This document shows positions 57,656 through 64,000 of a stretch of DNA of 64,000 nt, piece by piece. A program made the position numbers and the translations under genes. This DNA is from Vulcanimicrobiota bacterium (lineage in GTDB: Bacteria > Vulcanimicrobiota > Vulcanimicrobiia > Vulcanimicrobiales > Vulcanimicrobiaceae). Where the stretch lies: assembly GCA_963820825.1 (NCBI GenBank), contig CAWGBN010000008.1, forward strand, positions 192,001 through 256,000, in the 5' to 3' direction. The notes beneath the pieces are model-generated. The model was given only the letters and a program-made list of their open reading frames with translations. It did not search any database and was not told where the DNA came from. The first letter of the stretch is position 1. Every line of letters begins with the position of its first letter.

Positions 57656-58294
57656 ATGGCATTCCATGATCAGAGCGACGAAGCTCTGGTACATCGGGTG
57701 CGCTCCGGGGAACGGGAGGTCTTCGGCGTGCTCGTGGATCGCTACAAACGCGGGATCGCGAATTTCATCGGCGCAACCGTTCGCAACTCGTCCGACACGG
57801 CGGACTTGTCGCAGGAGACCTTCCTGCGCGCCTACGCGCACCTCGGAACCTTCAACCCGCAACTCGGGAAGTTCTCGACCTGGATCTATCAGATTGCGCG
57901 AAACGTGATTCGAACCTATCTCGCCAAGTCGCTGCGCGCTCCGCAACTGCAGGAGCTTCCGCAGGACCAGTCGCTCGAGGGCGCGCTGCCCGACCTCTCG
58001 CCGCAGGCCGATCCTGCCGGCGGAGTCCTACGCGAAGAGGCGGAGCGCGAGCTGCGGGCCGCCCTCGCCGAGCTGCCGGAACGGACGCGCGCGGTATTAG
58101 CGTTGCGCTATTTCGATAACATGGAGTACCAAACGATCGCGAGCACCCTCGGGCTCTCGCTCGGCAACGTGAAGACGCTCATTCACCGCGGAAAGATCGC
58201 GCTGACGAAAAAGATGCGCGAGCGCGAGCTCCGCGCCGTCGAGGCGGTGGGCATTCCGCAAAAAGGGGGCACGAGTGCGCTGCTCCTCGTGTGA
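57656..58294 (+). CDS. ECF RNA polymerase sigma factor
   Basis: DLSQETFLRAY, FSTWIYQIARN, LPERTRAVL and GNVKTLIHRG motifs. Confidence 0.93.
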   Translation: MAFHDQSDEALVHRVRSGEREVFGVLVDRYKRGIANFIGATVRNSSDTADLSQETFLRAYAHLGTFNPQLGKFSTWIYQIARNVIRTYLAKSLRAPQLQELPQDQSLEGALPDLSPQADPAGGVLREEAERELRAALAELPERTRAVLALRYFDNMEYQTIASTLGLSLGNVKTLIHRGKIALTKKMRERELRAVEAVGIPQKGGTSALLLV

Positions 58295-58814
58295 ACGGCT
58301 GCTCGACGCCTACCTCGAGACGACCCTTGCACCCCGCCGGGCGCGCGCGGTCGTGGAGCACGTGCGCTCCTGTTCGGCGTGCGCCGCGCTTCTGGAAGAG
58401 CTGCGGGTTATCGACGCCTTGCTGACGACGGCACGGCCGCCGCGCGTCGGCGCCGGCTTTACGGCCTCCGTGGTCTCGGCGACGCACGCAACGCGACCGC
58501 GGGCGCCGCGGCGCATGCCGCTCGGAATCGCGCTTCTTCTTTATTTAGGGGTCGCCTGGACGCTCGCGGCATTTGCCGCGCTGCGCGCGCCCGACATCGG
58601 CCGCTTTGCCGGCGCGGCCGCATCGTTCGCGCGCGGAGACTTCGCCGCATTCGGTGCGGCGGCTCGCGCGTTCGCGCCGGCGGCACCGGTCGCGGCCGCC
58701 GCCGTCACCGGCGTGCTGCTGCTCGACCTTCTGCTACTCGCCGCGGTCTTTTACGGGTACCAGCGCTTCCGTCCGTTGATCGCGCTCTATCTCGTTCGAG
58801 GAGAACGCTCGTGA
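58275..58814 (+). CDS. zinc-finger (zf-HC2/ZAS) membrane anti-sigma factor
   Basis: C..C..LLDAYL...HVRSCSAC plus TM helices; follows the sigma gene. Confidence 0.85.
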   Translation: MRCSSCERLLDAYLETTLAPRRARAVVEHVRSCSACAALLEELRVIDALLTTARPPRVGAGFTASVVSATHATRPRAPRRMPLGIALLLYLGVAWTLAAFAALRAPDIGRFAGAAASFARGDFAAFGAAARAFAPAAPVAAAAVTGVLLLDLLLLAAVFYGYQRFRPLIALYLVRGERS

Positions 58815-59689
58815 CGGTGCGCCTCGCCGCAATCTTCGCCTTTGCGCTCGCCGCATTCGCGCTCCCCGCCGCGGCGCTCGCCGACGCGCAAGCGGTCTAC
58901 CACGGCGGAACCTACTTCGGCTCGGTCGTCGTCGAGCCGGGTCAGGTCGTCGACGGCGATCTCACGGTGATCTTCGGCGACGCGACGATCGCCGGCATCG
59001 TCGAAGGCGACGTCAACGTCGTCGGCGGCTACTGCGACCCGCGTCCCGGAGGCGTCGTCACCGGACAATGCAACCAAATCGGCGGAGCGGTAACGCAGGC
59101 AGTCGTTCCGTGGGCGCCGACCGAGCTGCCCTATAATCCGCTCGTTCCCGATCATCGCCTGCTCTGGCGGCTCTCTTGGAATCTGCTCGCGCTGCTCGTC
59201 TTCCTCATCTTCCCGCTGCGAACGCGCATGGTGCTCGACCGTCTGGAAGCGCACCCGGGATTGAGCGCGACGGTCGGCGTGCTCGGCTGCGTCGCGGTGA
59301 TTCCGCTCGCGGTGCTGCTGGCGATCACGATTCTGCTGATCCCGCTGATTCTGCTCGAGCTGGTCTTTCTGTTTGCAGGCGTCTTCCTCGGCACAGCGGC
59401 GCTCTCGCTTTTGATCGGGCGACGCCTCTGCGAACTCGTGAGCCCCGCAACGACGCCGTCGCCGCTCGTGGCCCTGCTCGTCGGACTGGCGCTGATCAGC
59501 GCCGCGGAGCTCGTGCCGGTCATCGGGACGCTCGTGCTCATTCTCGTCGGCCTCATCGGATTGGGAGCGACGCTCCTATCCTTTGCGGGAGACTCGGTCG
59601 CAGGACATCCGGCTGCCCCCGTGACCGGAACGGCCGGCCCGCCGATGAGCGGACCCCCGATAAGCGGACCGCCGATGCCAACCGCCTAA
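58811..59689 (+). CDS. membrane protein with N-terminal beta-helix (bactofilin-like) segment
   Basis: Signal peptide, VVDGDLTVIFGDATIAGIVEGDVNVVGG repeats and multiple C-terminal TMs; GTGA-coupled. Confidence 0.7.
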   Translation: MTVRLAAIFAFALAAFALPAAALADAQAVYHGGTYFGSVVVEPGQVVDGDLTVIFGDATIAGIVEGDVNVVGGYCDPRPGGVVTGQCNQIGGAVTQAVVPWAPTELPYNPLVPDHRLLWRLSWNLLALLVFLIFPLRTRMVLDRLEAHPGLSATVGVLGCVAVIPLAVLLAITILLIPLILLELVFLFAGVFLGTAALSLLIGRRLCELVSPATTPSPLVALLVGLALISAAELVPVIGTLVLILVGLIGLGATLLSFAGDSVAGHPAAPVTGTAGPPMSGPPISGPPMPTA

Positions 59690-59699
59690 GTACCGCTCC

Positions 59700-60909
59700 G
59701 TGACCACCATCTCGCGAGCGGCGCAGTTCGCGCAGCGTACGGCGCATCTACGCGCCTCCACCATACGCGAGATGCTCAAGGTCACCCAGCAACCCGACGT
59801 TATCTCGTTTGGCGGGGGCCTCCCGGCTCCGGAGCTCTTTCCAACGGCGGCGATCGCCGCCGCGACCAACGCGGTGATGGACCGGCTCGGGCCGCAAGCG
59901 CTTCAATACAGCGTGACCGAAGGGATTCCCGAGATGCGAACGTGGGTCGCGGAGCGTTTGACGCGCCGCTTCGGACGCATATTCGAAGCGGAGAGCGTCA
60001 CGATCGTCAACGGCTCGCAGCAAGGGCTCGATTTGGTCGGCAAGATCTTTCTCGATCCCGGCGACCACGTGGTCCTCGAGAATCCGTCGTACCTCGGTGC
60101 GATCCAAGCATTCGACGCCTATCAAACGCGATATCTCACCGTCGATACGGATGAAGAGGGGCTGATTTCCGGAGTCGCTCGAGCGCGTGCTCGGACGCGC
60201 CGATCCGTTTCCGAAGTTTCTCTATCTCGTCCCGAACTTCCAGAATCCCACCGGACGCACGCTCTCCCGCCGGCGGCGAGAGATCGTCGTGCGTATCTGC
60301 GAACACTTCGGTCTTCCGATCGTCGAAGACGACCCGTACGGCGAGTTGCGATTCGAGGGCGACGATCTGCCGTCGCTGATCGCGCACGAAACGAGTGCGC
60401 CGATCATTTACTCCGGCACGGGCAGCAAAATCATGGCGCCCGGTATGCGCATCGCCTGGCTGGTGATTCCCGACGCGGAGATACGCGAGAAAATCGTACT
60501 CGCCAAACAAGGCGCCGATCTGCACAGCGGAACGTTCGCACAGTACGTCTTCCACGAGTACGCAAGCGACGGGAACGCCTTCGACGCACACGTTCGCACG
60601 ATCGCCCACACCTACGCGCGGCGCCGCGGCGTCATGGCCGAGGCGCTCGCCGAATTCATGCCGCAGGGCGTGCGCTTCACGCGTCCCGCCGGCGGAATGT
60701 TCCTTTGGGCAACGGTACCGCAGGTCGATACGACGGAGCTCTTGCGCATCTCGGCGGAATCGAAAGTCGTCTTCGTTCCCGGCGTCAACTTCTATCCCGC
60801 GCGCGACGTACACGACGGCATGCGGCTCAACTTTTCCAACGCCTCCGAAAAGAATATCCGGGTGGGCGTCGAACGGCTTGGCCACGCCATCAGGCTATAC
60901 GAAGGCTGA
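59700..60909 (+). pseudogene. class I/II PLP-dependent aminotransferase (2-aminoadipate transaminase-like), frameshifted (or assembly indel)
   Basis: SFGGGLP and NGSQQGLD in the first frame; PNFQNPTG, EDDPYGEL and SKIMAPGMRI in the second; extra T in ATTT at 60165-60168. Confidence 0.85.
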
Positions 60910-60942
60910 AGTTCAAGAACTTTCAAAAAGGAGTCCGGACGC

Positions 60943-61410
60943 GTGGCAGGTTTGGTCGTCGGCATCTTTCCCGAATCGGATCACATGGCGCTCGAGGGCG
61001 CGCTTACGGCGCAGCAGATCGATCTGACCAAAGTGAAGGTGGTCAGCGCAACGCCGCCGATCGAAGACGAGACTCCGTGCCAGCTCGAGTTCGTCGACGT
61101 CATGGTAGAGATGGAGTCGAACTCGCTCTCCGACGACATGACCAAAGGCGTCGGCGTCTGGGATGAAACCGGCACGGACGTACCGGGACTTGGCGGAACG
61201 TCGAGAACGCTCGGCGATTTTACGCACCACGAGGATCCGACGCGGCGTTATCTCGCCGCCTTCGACGTGCCGTCGGACGAAGTCGACAACTTCGGCGACG
61301 CGGTTGCCGAGGGACGAACGGTGGTGCTTTATACCGATGCCGGCACGCAAGCGGAGGCGATTGCCGCCGCGTTCAAAGCGGCCGGCTTGCGCAACGTTCG
61401 CTCGTATTAG
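60943..61410 (+). CDS. hypothetical protein
   Basis: AAGGAG RBS, GTG start, acidic protein-like composition. Confidence 0.7.
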   Translation: MAGLVVGIFPESDHMALEGALTAQQIDLTKVKVVSATPPIEDETPCQLEFVDVMVEMESNSLSDDMTKGVGVWDETGTDVPGLGGTSRTLGDFTHHEDPTRRYLAAFDVPSDEVDNFGDAVAEGRTVVLYTDAGTQAEAIAAAFKAAGLRNVRSY

Positions 61411-61435
61411 TTTCACGTCTCTGGCGGCGAGCGCG

Positions 61436-61678
61436 TTGGTCGCGCTGACGTGCTGCCGGCCGGCGACGCACTACGATTACACGCATCTTCCCTCCGGATA
61501 TCACTGGCGCGCCGTCTACGACCGCTCGACCAACGCGATCGTCTTTTACGGACAGGATCCGCTCACGCTCGAGACGGTCTACGTCGGTCCCGATAGCCGC
61601 TTCTTCATCTACCGTCACCGCGGCCCGATCGGGCCGAAAGATCTTCGGGAGCCCTGGATGCCGCACGATGCCCGCTAA
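61436..61678 (+). CDS. possible small lipoprotein
   Basis: ALTC-C lipobox-like segment and aromatic-rich beta content; fills the gap; start unclear. Confidence 0.35.
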   Translation: MVALTCCRPATHYDYTHLPSGYHWRAVYDRSTNAIVFYGQDPLTLETVYVGPDSRFFIYRHRGPIGPKDLREPWMPHDAR

Positions 61679-62807
61679 CGACTCTTCGGCGCCGGTGCGC
61701 CGCGTCATGATCACGGCCGCCGGTACCGTAACCGCACAATCGGTGATCAAAGCGCTGCGCGAGGACGGACGCGCGTCGTTCATTGCCGCGGCTGATATGA
61801 ATCCGGTCAATGCGACGCGCGCCTTCGTCGACGCGTTCGTCTCGCTTCCGCCCGCGGGCACTGCCGAGTTCGCGCTGCGCTGTCTCGAGGCGGCGCGCGA
61901 ACTAAAGATCGACCTGCTCGTGCCGCTCATCGTCGAGAGCGAGTTTCTCCCGCTCGACGACGCCCGCTCGCGCTTCGAGTCGATCGGGTGCCGGCTCGCG
62001 CTTCCGGCACGCGAGATCGTGCTGCGGACCGGCGACAAGTTGGCGTTCGCGAATTTTCTGCGCGAGATCGGCGTTCCGGGACCGGCGACGATGCCCTACT
62101 CGGCGTCGATCGCCGTCGAACGATTTCCGGTCTACCTGAAGCCGCAGCGCGGCTCCGGTTCGGTCGGAACCTCGCGCGTGGAGAGTGTCCACTCGCTGCA
62201 CGAGGCCGCGCGCGGACGCCGCGGCCTCATCGTGCAAGAGGCAATCGACGGCACCGAGTTCACCGTCGACTGCTTCGCCGCAAGCCCCGGACGCGTCGTC
62301 GCGGCCGTTCCGCGCGAGCGGATCGCGATCAAAGCCGGCGTCTCGGTCAAAGGACGAACCTATCGCCATCCACTTATCGAGAAGATCGCTCGCGAAATCG
62401 TCGAGAAGAGCGGGCTCACCGGACCCGCAAACGTCCAGGGAATGCTGCGCGCGGACGGCAGCTTCTCGATCATCGAGATGAATCCGCGCTTCTCGGGGAC
62501 GCTCGCCCTCACGACCGCGGCCGGCATCAATTTTGCCTCGCTGCTGATCGATACGATCGAAGGCAGACCGATACCGAATCTGCTCGGCCGTCACGAGGAC
62601 GGCCTCGTGATGATGCGCTATTGGAGCGAGGTCTTCGAGAGCCGCGACGGCGCCGTGCGCTTAGGCACGCCGCTGGAGGCGCTGCGCCACGACGATCCCC
62701 GCTTGCCGCCAAAACTCGAAGCCGAAGGCGGCGCTGACGAAGGGATGGTAGAGCCACTCGGCGCGGCGGTCGCGGACGAGTCCCACCACGGCGGCCGCGG
62801 CCGGTAA
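61668..62807 (+). CDS. ATP-grasp domain protein (glycan-cluster type)
   Basis: DKLAF, LKPQRGSGS, VQE.IDG.EFTVD, VPRERI and IEMNPRFSG motifs. Confidence 0.85.
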   Translation: MPANDSSAPVRRVMITAAGTVTAQSVIKALREDGRASFIAAADMNPVNATRAFVDAFVSLPPAGTAEFALRCLEAARELKIDLLVPLIVESEFLPLDDARSRFESIGCRLALPAREIVLRTGDKLAFANFLREIGVPGPATMPYSASIAVERFPVYLKPQRGSGSVGTSRVESVHSLHEAARGRRGLIVQEAIDGTEFTVDCFAASPGRVVAAVPRERIAIKAGVSVKGRTYRHPLIEKIAREIVEKSGLTGPANVQGMLRADGSFSIIEMNPRFSGTLALTTAAGINFASLLIDTIEGRPIPNLLGRHEDGLVMMRYWSEVFESRDGAVRLGTPLEALRHDDPRLPPKLEAEGGADEGMVEPLGAAVADESHHGGRGR

Positions 62808-63653
62808 GGCAAAGCTGACCGAGTAGAACGGCCAGAGATAGGCGCGTATGCGCTGGGCCCGCCGCGAAGCGCGCATGCGATCCCAGACCGGATATCCCGA
62901 GTCGGTCATCCGCTCGCGGAAGCGAGGACCGAATTTGCGCAATGCGTCGCCGATACCGGCGACGGTGTGGTGCTCGAGCTGCGCGTCTTCCACGTAGGCA
63001 ATCTCGGCACCGTCGGCGAGAAGCATCTCTACGGGAGCGACGTCGTCCTCGTCCATCCCCGCGGGCTTACGATAGGGAAGGCGGATCGTGAATCCTTGCG
63101 CCAGCGCGACGAGCGGCCGCGGTCCCGACGCGAAGTCGTACACGACGTAATCGGCGGTGCGCCGTTTGACCCGATAGGTTCGATGGTACGACGCCGGCGA
63201 GGTGCCGGCGCCGTAGAGAAAGTGATTGAATGGGTCGCTGAAGGCATTGAAATATCGCGCGGTCCCGCCATCCGCGGAGGTGCTTACGAGAGCCGGAAAG
63301 ACCGCCCGAACGCTTGCATCGGAGAACGGGCGCGACATCGACTCCAGAAATCGCTCGCCGGCGAAGACGTTATCCGCCGCAAGCCACATCGCAACGTCGC
63401 CGGTCGCCTTCCCCAAGAGCATCGCGGCGCCGGGTTCGGCGCGACGAACCGGGTTGTGAAAGACGCGCGCACCGAAGGCCTCTGCGATCGCGACGGTATC
63501 GTCGGTCGATCCGCCGTCGGCAACGAGCAGCTCGATCTGCGAGGCCGGATACCGCTGACGCCGAATCGATTCGAGGATCGCCGGCAACCGCGCCGATTCG
63601 TTGAGCGTCGGGAGCATCAGCGAAAACCGTACCGGAAGCGCCTGGGCGCTCAC
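62661..63653 (-). CDS. glycosyltransferase family 2
   Basis: LPTLNE and VADGGSTDDT motifs; C-terminal TMs. Confidence 0.85.
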   Translation of the reverse strand: MSAQALPVRFSLMLPTLNESARLPAILESIRRQRYPASQIELLVADGGSTDDTVAIAEAFGARVFHNPVRRAEPGAAMLLGKATGDVAMWLAADNVFAGERFLESMSRPFSDASVRAVFPALVSTSADGGTARYFNAFSDPFNHFLYGAGTSPASYHRTYRVKRRTADYVVYDFASGPRPLVALAQGFTIRLPYRKPAGMDEDDVAPVEMLLADGAEIAYVEDAQLEHHTVAGIGDALRKFGPRFRERMTDSGYPVWDRMRASRRAQRIRAYLWPFYSVSFALPAAAAVVGLVRDRRAEWLYHPFVSAAFGFEFWRQAGIVVAQRLQRRA

Positions 63654-64000
63654 ACCTCGACCTTCGCTCCGTCGCGCTCGGCCGAACGCAGAGCGGCCTC
63701 GATCACGCGCACGACCCCCGCGCCGAATGCGCCGTCCGAACGCGTCGGCGAATCGTCCACGATGGCGCGGGCAAAGTCGGCGACGAGCTTTCCGAGCGCT
63801 TCGCGATTGTCGACGAGCGGAACGTGCAGATCGCCTAAACGATACGAAACCATCTGCTGCTGCAGGGTCGAGCTCGTGGGATCGAGCACGACGCCTTTAT
63901 CGTAGACGTAGATCTTCTCGGTCGGCTCGACGTCGTCCCAGACCGCCATCTTACGGCTTGCGGAGATCACCGTTCGCCGAACCTTCACCGGCGAGAGCCA
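63650..64000 (-). CDS. Gfo/Idh/MocA-type oxidoreductase C-terminus (partial)
   Basis: WLSPVKVR...WDD.EP.EKI..YDKG...YR.GD...P and SDG..G..VV.VIEAA pattern; runs off the window end. Confidence 0.75.
   Translation of the reverse strand, partial: WLSPVKVRRTVISASRKMAVWDDVEPTEKIYVYDKGVVLDPTSSTLQQQMVSYRLGDLHVPLVDNREALGKLVADFARAIVDDSPTRSDGAFGAGVVRVIEAALRSAERDGAKVEV

Overview
High-GC bacterial chromosomal window, mostly minus-strand and densely translationally coupled. It has diderm features (a large TonB-dependent receptor) together with a Firmicutes-like fla operon order and GAAC-N4-GTTC SOS boxes. This mix tentatively suggests a Terrabacteria diderm such as Ca. Eremiobacterota, which is inference only. 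Contents in order: (1) a HIRAN-RecQ-like helicase (partial), secF, secD and an SSS transporter. (2) A strongly miniaturised flagellum-derived type III export cluster: mini-flgB, flgC, fliE, a fliF::fliG-middle fusion, short fliH, N-truncated fliI, fliK-like, one rod-like gene, fliM-like, fliN, fliP, an inserted metF, fliQ, fliR, flhB and flhA. (3) A YXWGXW-repeat protein, DUF3810, rpsI-rplM, truA, an acid phosphatase, lysS and greA. (4) A four-gene aminotransferase/SRPBCC/acyl-ACP-reductase-like cluster. (5) An unannotated ~190-nt structured, tRNA-mimicking ncRNA beside dusB, and a MITE between coaX and dusB. (6) coaX-coaBC-panC, an orphan PTS IIC, lexA with a divergent LysM gene, a TonB receptor with downstream secreted proteins, sucCD and beta-oxidation genes. 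(7) A sugar-nucleotide cluster (rmd-like, gmd, rfbD, flippase, rfbC) interrupted by kamDE, an ECF sigma/anti-sigma operon and further glycan genes. Four frameshifts in unrelated genes suggest indel errors in the assembly. The best novelty candidates are the reduced, apparently non-rotary flagellar export system, the tRNA-mimic RNA and a putative fatty-amine pathway.
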